A DNA stretch of 64,000 nt from Neodothiora populina (Eukaryota). This document shows, piece by piece, positions 33,683-46,584 of this stretch; within the stretch, counting starts at the first letter, position 1, and each line of letters begins with the position of its first letter. The DNA lies in contig NW_027191410.1 of the NCBI RefSeq assembly GCF_041146345.1, forward strand, positions 620,001-684,000, given 5' to 3'. Both the position numbers and the translations under genes were made by a program. The notes under the pieces were generated by a model that did no database searches, was not told the origin of the DNA, and saw nothing but the letters and a program-made list of their open reading frames with translations.

Positions 33683-34428
33683 GTTCTGCGTCTGTTTGGA
33701 GGATCAACAAATGTCGCGCGGGCGCTACAGGAGCCAAAGCGCTGTGCAGTCGCTCACAATAGTGCTTAAAGGCTGTGGACGGGAACGGGTAATCAAGCTT
33801 GTGGCTGGATCTGGTGTTTCTGGAACGTGATTGGGTGGTTTGAGCTGAGTGTTCTGGGTGGTAAGGGTATTGTGAGATGTCTGTCGTACGGGCAACGTCG
33901 CCTTTGCTTTGTTATGGTTGGAGGGTCACATGACCGGTGGCTGACAGGGTGGCTGGAGCCACAGGGCTGACATGACTTTTCCCGAATCCGAGCTAGTCCA
34001 CATTGGTAATTGACTTACACCTCTCGCTGGACCCGGTATAGACGTTTGATCATTAAGGTAGGCACATCCCTTTCACCCTCACCAACACTTGTACAGAACT
34101 TCATACAGCCAAGTATAGCTCAAGTCAAGAAGCATGGATTTCCAAGAATGACATAATAACACAATAATGAGACATGATACACCCTGCGCTTACATGCAGT
34201 ATGCGTACATACAATGACAGCATTGGGGAAGACACGTCTAATGAATCATCATCACATCCTCTCAACATCTCCCCTTGCACGCAGCAAGTCATGATCAACT
34301 TCGTGTTATTATGCACTAAGCTAATTCGTGTACAGACACACTACTGGACTGCCAGCCAATGGACAATCAATAGACACCGGAGCCTACCAATACTCATCTC
34401 GCTCTCTAACAGCCTCGAAACACGACAC

Positions 34429-35760
34429 TCACACGCCCTCGAGATCCTCGTGAGCTTGGCGGATCTCCGCCCTCATCACAGGGAGATTCATGTTGATGTC
34501 TGCCCTCAAAACATACACGCTGTTCCTGACCTCCGACTGCGGCATCGCGGGAGAACCGGGCTCAGGTACAGGCACAAGTGCCGCGCCACACAGCTTGGCT
34601 TTGCCTTCCTTGATCCAGTCAATCCCTTCTCTCACAGCTCCGATTGGAACCTCGTTGTACTCCATCTTCTCATACGCTTGCACATCCATCTTGTTGAACA
34701 GTCGACGATTGCTGCCAGCCTTTGGTTGCCAGGGTACGAGTTCGAGGTAAGCACAGTACTTGGACGTGAGCGCCGGTGCACATGCGATCGGTTCCATCGC
34801 AGAGAATGTCATGTTCGCCCGGTGTTGAGCGAGAAGATGGATCTTCTCTTGGAGGTCGTCCAGACAAGGCTTGGTTGGTCCCATTCTGCCAAGAGAGATG
34901 CATTTCTTCGCTTTCTTGCAAAGTGGTGATCCGTTCATGTTCGGGTATGTCACTTTCTTTCCGTCTTTTCCTTGTCCAATGATCATCTTGATCGGCATGT
35001 TGTTGATTCCGGGCCCAATCTTGTCGTTCAGGGGGAACGTAATACTGGTTGCCCTGGTAGCTGTGGCTGTGGATGAGGCTACAGAGTCTACACCAATCTC
35101 GCTCGACCCGAGACTCGTGGTTGATCCATTCATCGAACGTGAGGGCAGCGTTGACGAGCTTGAAGAAGTGACAAAGCTCTGGGGCTCGTCGTCGGACTCA
35201 TCGACATCCTCATCATCATCATCGTCATCGTCGTCATCGTCGTCATCGTCGGTCTCGTCCTCAATCTCGTCGTCAACGACCTTGGTGGCACGAGATGCTG
35301 GATGCTGCATACCGGGCGCCTTCTCTACAAAGTGTATACCTGAAGGCATGGAGCCTGTCAGACCATGGGTAGACACATCAGCGTCACGAAATGCCAACGA
35401 TGGTCTCGCATCACTGCTCATCGCCTGCGTGACAGCTGCATTGGCTCCAAGAGTAGTCCTCTTCTTGGCGAGGGCGGCGATGTAAGTCGGTGAGCCCGTG
35501 ATTTGCGAGTGTCTTGCTGAGATAATAGCTGTTCGTCTCAACTTCTCGTTATACATTGTCCCGATGGTCGCCGGACCCTGCGAGGCTGTAATGGGAAGCC
35601 GGACGCCATACGTGTCGATACCGACGGTCATGACGAACTCCGCACATTCGTTGCGGAATATGTCACGAGGACCAGGATGTGCACATCTGCTGTTGATACT
35701 TCCACTGGCCACGGCGATCATGCAAAGTGCAAGAAGTGTGTAAAGACGTGAAGCTCTCAT
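34429..35760 (-). CDS. Hypothetical protein (~443 aa), signal-peptide-like N-terminus, poly-Asp/Ser linker, Cys-containing C-terminal domain
   Basis: Long open ORF from ATG 35760 (MRASRLYTLLALCMIAVASG); possible 5'UTR intron 35766-35852; the end GT|GTGAGT may be an intron donor rather than the true stop; no family recognised. Confidence 0.55.
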   Translation of the reverse strand: MRASRLYTLLALCMIAVASGSINSRCAHPGPRDIFRNECAEFVMTVGIDTYGVRLPITASQGPATIGTMYNEKLRRTAIISARHSQITGSPTYIAALAKKRTTLGANAAVTQAMSSDARPSLAFRDADVSTHGLTGSMPSGIHFVEKAPGMQHPASRATKVVDDEIEDETDDDDDDDDDDDDDEDVDESDDEPQSFVTSSSSSTLPSRSMNGSTTSLGSSEIGVDSVASSTATATRATSITFPLNDKIGPGINNMPIKMIIGQGKDGKKVTYPNMNGSPLCKKAKKCISLGRMGPTKPCLDDLQEKIHLLAQHRANMTFSAMEPIACAPALTSKYCAYLELVPWQPKAGSNRRLFNKMDVQAYEKMEYNEVPIGAVREGIDWIKEGKAKLCGAALVPVPEPGSPAMPQSEVRNSVYVLRADINMNLPVMRAEIRQAHEDLEGV

Positions 35761-36772
35761 GTTGGCTAGCACTCGAGGAAGCAGATGAAGTGGTCTGTCC
35801 AGTCCACAACGTCAATAGACGATGATTACAGTGTCGATGGAGATTCACTTACCTGATGGATATATATATCAGTCTGATGATAAGGTATGCAGTAAAGCAA
35901 TGGTATGATACTCGAGAGGAGTTGCCCTGGCAAGTAAAGTATACCTGTATGTGATGCAATTAGTCGCTCTGTATGACTTCGAACCACAGCAATCGCGAGT
36001 ACATACAAAGTGGAATATGCGAGACGGTATGATGTGAGCAACAAACAGGAGGACTAGTGAATATATACGGTTATCTCAATATCCAAGTGTTGAGATGTTC
36101 ATTGCACAAACGGAGAAGGAACGAACGGCCATCCTTCCATATTTCACAGACTTGCGTACTCAGCGAATCAAGAAGGCCAGGGCATCAAGAACATTAGACA
36201 TACACCTTCCCGAAGAACAGTCACCAGATCGACGATGGCTGGATATATGTGCTGGTAGCAACCTAAAGACTCGACGATGGGGGGTGGGGGCGACCCTGGC
36301 CATTTCCGGGGACTCTGTTGAAGAAGTGCATCTCAAGCGGCAGCAGTGTGTTTTCTGGATGAATGTAGGAATACATGTTCATGGTCGTTTCATCATTACT
36401 GTCATTGGTGTTTAGTAGACTGTATTATGTTCTTGTAGTGTGTTCTCGTCATTGAGCTTGCTTGCAGTGTTGTCATGGTTTGATGTGATATTGTTCTTGT
36501 TGCCTACTGCACGGTCTCGTAACGCAAAAGGGAAACAATGGTCACAAGTGACATATTCCAGATTCTAGTGTTGATGCAGTCCGAATTGGAAATGTACCAG
36601 GCACTTTCTCATTGATAACAAAGTTCTGGCTACAGGCAAACAACGCTTCCAAAAGTCCAAGTCCAATACGGTGCGTCTATTGCCATCGCCTAATGCCTAG
36701 ACAGCCATCCTCGATGCCGCGTAGTTGCGACGCCAATGCACAACAACAAGCGACAGAGCGACATGCATATAA

Positions 36773-38449
36773 CTACTGGAGCAAATGGTCCTGAGGCAAT
36801 CGTCAGCTCTATCACAATATTCGGAAAACTGTAAACTTACTCTCCAGTGCTTCTGGTTGTTGCCGCGCTTGTCGTTGCCCCACTGGTAGCGGGCCTGGGC
36901 TCGTAGCTCGCGCTTCTGCGTCTTCTTCTCTACAGCACGAACCTCACGTTTCTTGTCATCAGAAACACCGAGCATACCCAAACCACCGTTCGAGCGAGAC
37001 ACGACTTGACGGCCACGATCGTGGCCTCTGGACCGTTGCGCGTCTTCGTCATCGGAATCGTGGCGACCCTCGATGGTTCTTTGCTCAGCCCGTTCTGCAG
37101 GCGTGGGATAGTTGCGCAAGTTCTGTCGATAGTACTTGTTGAGGGAACGATGTCCAGCAGTTCGTCCAGATGGAAGGTGTAGCTCGTAGTCATCGTGATA
37201 CACCGCACGTGGCGTGTTATGGGCATGTGAGTGAAAGCCATCGGTGTTGCGATGCGGTCTGGGATCGCTGTGAGAGTGGTGTCTGTGGCGGTCGAGAGTC
37301 TTGTAACGGTGCGAGTGGTCGTCAATCGGTAAGGCGGTGATTTCATCGGTAGGTACAGAGGAAAGAGAGCCATCACTTTCCCATCCTTCATCATCCCCAT
37401 CGGCCATCTCTTCGTCTCCTTCGTACTCGATCGTTGTCTTCGTGGCTCTTGCAGCACCGAGCTTGACGCCTCCTTCCTGGAGATCATCGGTCTCGTCCTC
37501 GTCGGAATCTTCATCATCCGAGTAGGTGCTCCTGAAGTCGTAGAACTCGCCGATCTCGAGCATCTCATCTTCAGTGCCATAGGCGATCATGCAATGGCCT
37601 CGGTCCCTCATGTGAGTCTGGATTCCGCTGGCGGTGTGTTTGAGTTGACCGCAGAACAAACATTCGTGATCCTCGTGGATCTTCTCGTGAAGGTATGCCA
37701 GGAGTCCCTCGATATCGACCAAGTACTCTTTCTCCGGGATATACATACCATGCTGTTTGGACATGTGAGCGACGTTCTTGTCGAGGTCGTCCGAGATGAA
37801 GTTGCAGAAGAGGCATTGGGCAAGGTTGACCTCTACCACGTCTTCAGAGTGAGTGCTGTTTGTAGGAGTCTTGGACAAGCTCTCCTTCTCGGCGATGCTG
37901 GCGTCCTGTAGATTGCCAGCAAGTCGATCAGCGCCGTCACCTTGGCCGTCCTCAGTCGCAGCATTTGACGCTGTCTCAAGCGGTTCGCCCAGAGAGAATG
38001 TAGAGCTCATGACGGAAGCGGCATCGTCTGCTGCGAAGTTGCTGGCCTTCATGCGCACCACCTGCATTCTGTGCTTTTGACTGCCCACATGGTTGTTGTA
38101 GGCATTCTCACTGTAGTAGGTCTTCTGACAAGGCGTGCAGACTTTCTCGAAAGAAGCGCGTGCCGCTGTTGCTGCGGCTGAAGCCTTGTTGGCAAGTACC
38201 TTCTCTGCAAAAACCTCAGATGTCAGAGGAGGCAGAGAGGCGACTCTTCTCTTCAGGTTGTACCGACTATTGGAAGGAGGAAAGTGAATCAGCTGGACGT
38301 GCTTGGTGTAGATAATTCGACATTACTACTTACTGCCAGTCACTCTGCATGTGCGTACGCTGCAGATCGCTTGACCGGAATGCGACCTGGCAAGTGTTGC
38401 AAGTGAATGGGTGACTCGCACCCCCACCTGATGTTCCGTTTGATGCCAT
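36773..38449 (-). CDS. REI1: Cytoplasmic pre-60S maturation factor, C2H2 zinc fingers (Rei1/Reh1/ZNF622), 3 exons
   Basis: FTCNTCQVAFRSSDLQRTHMQSDWH|RYNLKRRVASLPP; CLFC..HM..HG; HMRDRGHC; LPSGRTAGHRSLNKYYRQN; terminal exon DHLLQ*. Confidence 0.93.
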
Positions 38450-39419
38450 CTCTATTCAGGATTGGGCGCCGAATTTAGTGGTTCTTGCTCTTTTTTCTGT
38501 TATTTTTTTCTTGTCGAAGAAATTTCTTTTCAGCAAATTCAGCTGGTTCCTCCCCGAGAGAAAGAATGTGGGTGTAAGTGTGGAACAAATTCAACAAAGC
38601 ACTCTTGTGGCAATGAGGAAAAAAAATAAGATAGATCGCAAGATAACCTATCTTACCAATCTTCGTGGTTCGGAGAGGGGCAAAGATCACACTCAGGCAG
38701 CGCCGCTGCTGTACAATTCGATTCAGGCAATTGACGCAATGACGTTAGGCAGATCTTCTTCAGCCCAGGGTCCGATGCCAAGCTTTTATCTTCTGATTCG
38801 CCTTACACGTTGCTTTACCCTAATCTGCCTTACCTTAATTTATTCAGAAATTAATGTAATAGCGTAGCGCGCTTGAATTGACACTGCTTCCAACGCACAC
38901 AGACACAGGGCGCATGATCCAGGAAAGAGGTGTGGTGCCGGAAGTAGAGTACTACATCTCGGTGCACTGTAAGCCAACGCTAACTCTGTTTGCATAAGGT
39001 ATTTTGCCTATCTGACTGTACCTTACTTTGTGATGGCATAAGTTGACACGCCGCAGTTTGTACAGTCGTGATCCCATACAACCGAACGTGCATGTCTTAT
39101 GCGTCTGGCCCTCTATGCTAGCACCTCGTGAGACATACCACTTTGTACAGTACAAAGCCTCACGAACATTCAGATGACATTAATTCACATAAATTGTTTG
39201 CTCCTGCCTCAAGTGCTGGTCCACATACACACACCAAACCAAAATTCGCCGGTGTCGGTGATCACGAAAGTGCGGCAATACCTTATTTGTTGTGTGAGGC
39301 TCCGTTTGTGTGCTTGAAACCTGCCACCATCCGCCTGGTACTGTGGAGAGGACGAACACTTAAGCTCCCTTAGCCTTCGCATAGTATAACATCAGAAAGC
39401 ATTGGTGCAACTAAATGTC

Positions 39420-42400
39420 ATGACCGCAGCTGCAAATGCATCTAATGCGGTTGCCTCATCCGTAGCCGAACACCGCCAGCGAAGACAACGGGATTTGGCT
39501 CAAACAATCAATCGGTTCATCTTCCAGTTGCAGTCAGGATGTGGGAATCCAGCGTGCACCACCCCGACATGTTACACTTGCAGAGCGCTCCACTCTAATC
39601 AGACCAGAAAATACAACTTGGTCACAGCAAGAGCAATGGCAGTCCAGCTTGCCACTGCGGAGGATCCACATTCTCAAATGTGCTCTCACCTCTCGGACGA
39701 TCGCATCGCTACACTTTGTGAACCGCAGCAGAAGACTGATCCCAAGTCGCTCGTGCAGCAACTTTTCAATACCAACGTTTTCAGGGACTTCGTACAGGAC
39801 TCGGCTCGACTACCTGAAAGGTCGGGTGGTGGGTCCTCAACGCATACCACACATCTATCTTGTGACGACATGATGAGAATGAAGACAATAATCGCTTCAC
39901 TTCGCTGTGCCGCAATTGAGGATATCGTGATTGCCACGAATCGTCCAGGAACCCGACAGGACGATAGAACAAGCTCACAAGGACAGGAGTTGTTTGGTGC
40001 ACTCTCCAGCTTCGATTGCCTCTCGCATTCCTTTCGTGACCGCCCTCTGGAAATTGTGATCACCCAAAAAACTCATCGGGATAACTTTCCTGTTACACGG
40101 ATAGACAGAGCATTCAGAGATTGGCCAAATCAATACCAGACTTTGATATTCGAAAGTCTTTGGCTGGCTCTGGGACAGGTCCTTCACTCACAGGCCAGAA
40201 GAGTCGCTATCCTCTCACAGCCACTCACCGTCACCTCGATAGCGATTGTGGTCACCACCACAATCCGTGCTCTCACTGCATCAATCCCACGAGCCGAAAA
40301 GGGCACGTGGGAAGTCGTGCAGCACACATTGGCGAATGGCTTGACGGATGGCCAGCAGGACTCAATTCACTCCAAGCGGCATGTCTCCTGTTCCTTGCGT
40401 ATACTCGACGCATTCGAATCAGAGTCGGCTCTTCGACTAGTGCAACGCTTGGTGCAGGTCATCGCAGCTCGTTCGAGGATTGAAGAAGCGCCGATTACAC
40501 AAGCTATCGACAGACGTACTCGAGAGATTCAACTTCCGCCGTCTTTGCGACAAATGATCCTCAAATCTCTGATTGAAGAGCAACGAGAATTGCACCGTAC
40601 AGATCGTGATTCTGGAAAGTTCAAAGATGAGTCGCGAGATCAATTCTCACATTGCACGAACGCCAACATCTGGCTTGAGTGGCTCAGAAAATGCTTTTTG
40701 AAGCACTGGAATGGAGATCATAGACTTGCACGGTATGGTGTCGCGCATACCATACTCGAGCTCATGGAAGACCTTTGTATGTACATATCCACTCTAATCA
40801 TTGCGCCAAAAAATACTCACATATGTGATAGGGAGCCACAGAAGTGCAGACTTCCTCGACATCTCGGACAATTTCTTCCCTACCCCTGCACTCTTCAATC
40901 ACCTCAATGTGGAGAGGGCAACGATCGATTGGATACATCAACAATATGAGCCACTCACTCGACATTTATTCTCTTTCCACTTCCTCTTTGGCACGAGAGA
41001 CTTGACGATGATTTTCCGCGGTGTGAACCATAGATTCATGCGACATGCATACAGCACATCTAGTGCGATTCAGAAGATGCGGCTGAAGACTACATCGAGA
41101 GCGTCAGTAAGCGATAATGCATATCTAGATCAGCGCCTGAAGATCGCACAAGAGCCATACCTTGTACTTCGGATCAACCGGCATTCTGTCCTAGCAGACG
41201 CAAACAATCAGCTCTGGCATCGAATGAGCAATGAACTACGCAAACCTCTACGTATTCGGATGGGCGTAGAGGAGGGTGAAATCGGTCACGATCTCGGCGG
41301 CGTGCAGATCGAATTCTTCAAACTTGCATGCGCGGAAGCCTTGAACCCAGACTACTGTGAGCAGATCAACTTTGGTGATATGACAAAACGAACTTACAGA
41401 TCCCAGCTCTTTTCACGATCGATCCCCACTCCCACCTCGCCTGGTTCCAACCAGGCTCAATGGTACCATTGTACAAGTTTCAATTGTTCGGCACCTTGTT
41501 CGCATTGGCTGTATACAATGGTGTTACGCTGCCAGTGTCCTTCCCACTCGCTCTATATCGTAAGCTTCTGACAGGGACTTATGGGGACACTGATTTGGAG
41601 CAAGGCTGGCCAGAACTCGCCAAAGCACTGCAAGACCTATGCGCTTACAATGGCTCAGTTGAGGATGACTTAGCAAGAGACTACACATTTAGCTTCGCAG
41701 CGAATGGGTTATATATTGAAGCGGACATGGTGGATCCATGGCAAGATGCATCTACGAGTACTAATCACTTGCCAACATTGGCAAGGGAAAGGGGCCAGAT
41801 GAGGATTCACAATATCTACCCCGATAAACATCACCCTGAACTATATGCGCGCACGAATGGCAAGGATATGGCCATGGTAGACACACAAGCTTCAGCCTTC
41901 CCGAATTCACAGCAAGAAGCGGCAACTCAACCCCAGAGTCTTCATTGGCCAGGTTGGGAGCTAAGTGCAGCTCGTACAACCGAAACCCCACCAACTGTTA
42001 CTAATCTCAATCGCGAAGGTTACGCGAGAGACTATACACGCTGGATCTTGGACTACTCAATCCGACCACAATTCTTGGCTTTTGCGAAAGGCTTCCATAG
42101 TGTGGTGGACAGCAAAGCCCTAAAGGTATGCCCGGTGCTGCTTAGACTTTTGTCTACTAAATTCTAACGATCCCGAATAGCTCCTCACACCGGAGACACT
42201 CCGTGCCATTGTCGAAGGATCAACGCATCTTGACATCGACCTTCTCGAAAAAGCAGCAACATACCGCGGGTACGAAGCCACTTCAGACGTTGTGAAATGG
42301 TTCTGGGAAATAGTGAAAGACTATAGTGAAGAAAACCAGAAGCTATTGCTCGAGTTCGTCACTGCAAGCAGCAGAGTACCTGTAAATGGTACTGAGAGCT

Positions 42401-42561
42401 TAACGTTCGTGATAGAACGACTGATGGGCGACAGCACGTCACTTCCAGGAAGCTCGACTTGTTTCAGCACTCTCAGGCTTCCAGAGTATGAGAGCAAGGA
42501 TATTCTGGAGCACAAGTTGACTATTGCACTGCAGCATTCTCTTGGGTTTGGTCAGGCTTAG
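39420..42561 (+). CDS. HECT E3 ubiquitin ligase with N-terminal AZUL-like zinc domain (UBE3A-like architecture), 4 exons
   Basis: QLQSGCGNPACTTPTCYTC; YLVLRINR, EGEIGHDLGGVQIEFF, FPLALYRKL, KWFWEIV, LLEFVTAS, catalytic Cys in LPGSSTCF, terminal SLGFGQA. Confidence 0.88.
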
Positions 42562-43156
42562 TGTCATGATTCATGCCTATGCAGATCCATGATGAATAGT
42601 TATGATGGTCATCATGATGGCCATCGAGACCATCGACAACAAGCTAGAAACTCGGAAGAAGTAGGAAGCGTACATCTCAGTCCAAGCGTGTATGAGGCGA
42701 GGCTGATCAATTGTGGCCTTGCAGCTGAATCCATAAATTACCCAAGCAAGTAATGTCAGGAGGAGAAATGTGAACCGTCAGAAGTGTAGCTCGGTACGTA
42801 TGCGCGGCGAAGTGTTGTACTCCATAGTACCTTACTGACTGTGAGGTACAGTACCTGAATATTGTACTCTGTGTCTCGAGTCTGTTTACTTCGAACTGAG
42901 GTATTGAGCAATACCTATCATCGTCGAGGTTCTCGACCTGGAGCCCCGCGATATTTGGCGTCCAGGCTATATCCGTCTTCCGTCTCCGCAGTCTTCCATC
43001 CGTTACCCCGCTGGAGCAATTTGCAAGTTGATAAATTGCTCAGCCGTCTCATTATTACGACTGCGCCTTTAAAATGCTCATAGCGCATCGTCATTCGCGC
43101 TTATTCGGCGATTTGACAGTGCAAATCGAAGAGCGATAAACATTAGAGTGCGTAAC

Positions 43157-43169
43157 CCGGGTTCGACCG
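43157..43169 (+). promoter_or_regulatory. CCG-N7-CCG AcuK/AcuM-type gluconeogenesis site in the PCK1 promoter
   Basis: CCG GGTTCGA CCG ~215 bp upstream of ATG 43384; CCAAT at ~43243 and CCTCGG at 43293-43298 nearby. Confidence 0.6.
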
Positions 43170-43383
43170 TAGCCTCTACCCGACTTGTTTTCGTGGCCTT
43201 GGCCTCCACATTGAGCTGGCTTCTAAGTCACGAACCCTAAGACCAATCACAGCTCTCGTAAACGGCGGGATATACAGAGTTGCGCCTTACTCCCTCGGCA
43301 ACTTAGCGCGGATATCGACAACCGTGGTGAATCGAGAGAACCCAGGTCGTTGTAGCGTAATCGCCCGTTCGGAGACCATAGCC

Positions 43384-45487
43384 ATGTCGTCTATAAAGCA
43401 AGAGCTCTCCCCGAGTCCATTGCCCATTCGATCAGCTTCACCTATCCCTCCATTGCAAGCAGATTATCTTCGTCAACAATTCAATAAACAGCAAAAAGGA
43501 AACTTCCACTCAACCTCTATCAAAATGGTGTCCAGCACGGTGAACAAGACCAACCTACACCCTGGTGGCATTGAGCCCCAGCGTGAGCACACAGAACTCG
43601 AGGAGGAACTCCACGAGAAGGCTCACATTGACTACGATCGTGTTGCAATTGTAAGGATTGAATCCCATCCTTCTGAATTGGCAATATTGGTATAACAGAT
43701 ATGCTAACTGTGTCTTCCTCGACTAGGTTGCCAACCCCTCTGCAGCCGCTCTATACGAAGATGCTCTGGTCTACGAGACCGGCTCTGCAATCACGTCTTC
43801 CGGCGCTCTATCAGCCTACTCTGGAGCAAAGACTGGTCGTTCACCATCAGACAAGCGTATTGTGGACGAAGAGAGCTCCAACAAGGAGATCTGGTGGGGA
43901 CCTGTGAACAAGAAGATGAGCACTGATGTAAGCTATTCTCCAATATTTTCCCCACTGCTTACGATTTGCGCTTCCGTGTTTGGCTCTTCACTGTCCGGCG
44001 GCTGCGCGATTTTGTGGGGTGTTCAGAAGAAACGTCACTGCCCCGCTTTTCGGGTGGCTCCGGAGCCGCTCGGCGGAGGCAGATCCCCCTTTCACGTGCA
44101 GATCTCGCATAGCGTTCCGTGCTGACTGTTTCGGTAATCATAGGTCTGGCGGATCAACAGAGAGCGTGCTGTCGATTACCTAAATACCAGAAACCGCATC
44201 TACGTTGTCGATGGTTATGCAGGATGGGACGAGCGATACAGGATCAGTGTCCGTGTCGTTTGTGCTCGTGCCTACCATGCACTTTTCATGCGTAACATGC
44301 TCATTCGCCCTTCGAGAAAAGACTTGGAAACTTTCCACCCCGACTATGTCATTTACAACGCTGGTGCCTTCCCAGCCAACAGATTCACTGCTGGTATGAC
44401 CTCAGCAACGTCAGTGGCCATCAACTTCGCCGAGAAGGAGATGGTCATCCTCGGAACCGAGTATGCAGGTGAAATGAAGAAGGGAATTTTCACTGTTCTC
44501 TTCTACGAGATGCCCGTCAAGCATGATGTCCTCACATTGCACTCGTCTGCCAACGAGGGCCAGAACGGAGATGTTACCGTGTTCTTCGGTCTTTCAGGTA
44601 CTGGTAAGACCACTCTCTCCGCCGACCCTAAGCGTGCTCTCATCGGCGACGACGAGCACTGCTGGTCCGATAAGGGTGTCTTCAACATTGAGGGTGGCTG
44701 CTACGCCAAGTGCATTGGCCTGTCTGCAGAGAAGGAGCCTGATATTTTCGGCGCCATCAAGTTCGGTTCTATTCTTGAGAACGTTGTCTTCGACCCTGTG
44801 ACCCGTGAGGTTGACTACGACGACTCAACCCTCACTGAGAACACCCGTTGCGCATACCCCATCGAGTACATCGAGAACACCAAGATCCCCTGTATCTCGA
44901 CTGCTCACCCCACCAACATCATCCTTCTCACTTGCGATGCTCGCGGTGTCTTGCCACCCATTTCCAAGCTGAATGTTGAGCAGACCATGTTCCACTTCAT
45001 CAGCGGTTACACCTCCAAGATGGCTGGCACTGAGGACGGTATCACTGAGCCCCAGGCAACTTTCTCGTCTTGTTTCGCTCAGCCCTTCCTTGCTCTTCAC
45101 CCAATGCGCTACGCCAAGATGCTTGCGAAGAAGATCGAGGAGCACAAGGCAAACGCATGGCTCCTGAACACCGGCTGGGTTGGTGCTGGTGCCACCTCCC
45201 CCAACGCCAAGCGTTGCCCTCTCAAGTACACTCGCGCCATCCTCGACGCAATTCACAGCGGAGAGCTTGCGAACGTCGAGTACGAGGTCTACGAGACTTT
45301 CAACCTTTCGGTCCCTAAGACTTGCCCCAACGTCCCAAGTGAGATTCTGAACCCGGCCAAGAGCTGGACGGGTACTGCAGACTTCAAGACTGAAGTCAAG
45401 AAGCTTGGAACTCTTTTCAACGAGAACTTCGAGAAGTACGCCTCAGAGGCCACCCCCGAGGTCCTCAAGGCAGGTCCCCAGGTGTAA
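43384..45487 (+). CDS. PCK1: Phosphoenolpyruvate carboxykinase (ATP), 3 exons (acuF orthologue)
   Basis: [71 protein letters not shown]; introns 43651-43727 and 43928-44143; second possible start ATG 43525. Confidence 0.97.
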
Positions 45488-46584
45488 GGGATGCATATAA
45501 GAGCCGAGTGGTGGAAAAGAGCTTATAGCGTCTTATACGTTTCATGTGCATATGCGTCGTTCACTTTTGAGTTTTTCCCAATACCACTGCCCAGCATTGG
45601 GCTAATAGCAATCGAGTCTTCTATACTACCATAAGAATTGGTCAGATAGCAATCAAGTTTATTCTTTCTCTACTACCATGAGTCTCGTACAATCCCTTGT
45701 CCACATCTTGTCCAAGGTACATTCTGTGTAGTACGTTAACATCAGAAGTGGGCATCTGTGCTACCAAGGCACCTCTTGACCATGCATGAACTAAACATTG
45801 CAAGATCCGAACGAGTCCGTCCCTTAATTACCACCGGTCGTTATTTACAGAACATCTTAAGCGATAGGTCGGGTACATTTCTGTTCGTGTGATCAAGCCA
45901 TCAAATCTGTCACCGCCATGTCACAAGATCTCGTGAAACCATATACTTGCAGTGACTCAGTCGCATGTGGCATGCCAAGACGAACACGAGCGGTTGTGGC
46001 GTAGTCTGCAGATGAGCAAGGGGTCCACGCTGTAACAGTTACAAAGCCAGTGCCTCCGTAGAATGGTGCGGACTATGCCACAAGCAGACTGTGAATGCGA
46101 TGCAGTCGGGCATCTTCGACCACACCAGAGATCTGTGACCATGATATTGGTCGGGGGATTTTCCCTTGTTGTCACTTTGCGGTGAGCCCGCGAGATAGGG
46201 AGGCACTGTACTGTGTACGACCAACTTGGCGTTTTGGCCCTTCTCATCTGACAGACATGAGAATCACCGAAAAAGTCAATAAGCACTTCTGACAGTAGGC
46301 ATGCGGACGCGTTGGAACGCCTAGACCCCCCAAGCCTCCCCAGACTTTCTCGACTACCATCTGCACATAATCTACGCTGATCCTCCGCATTCTCATTGTC
46401 TCATTTGAGCTCCCGATCATGCATGGCCTTATTAGTAAGGTGTATGTGTAGCATTTGTTCTTCTCCTATCATATTGTCATCATTTTCGTTTCTCAAACAT
46501 ATACTACTATCATTCTCCGGCATTTCAGCATTCATCAGTCGAAATCTCACTCACTTAGGCCTTTAGGGCCCTTTGCTCGTACTA

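Noticed and set aside
43232..43240. AACCCTAA telomere-template-like word
   Set aside because: Single short match inside the PCK1 promoter, no supporting telomerase RNA structure.
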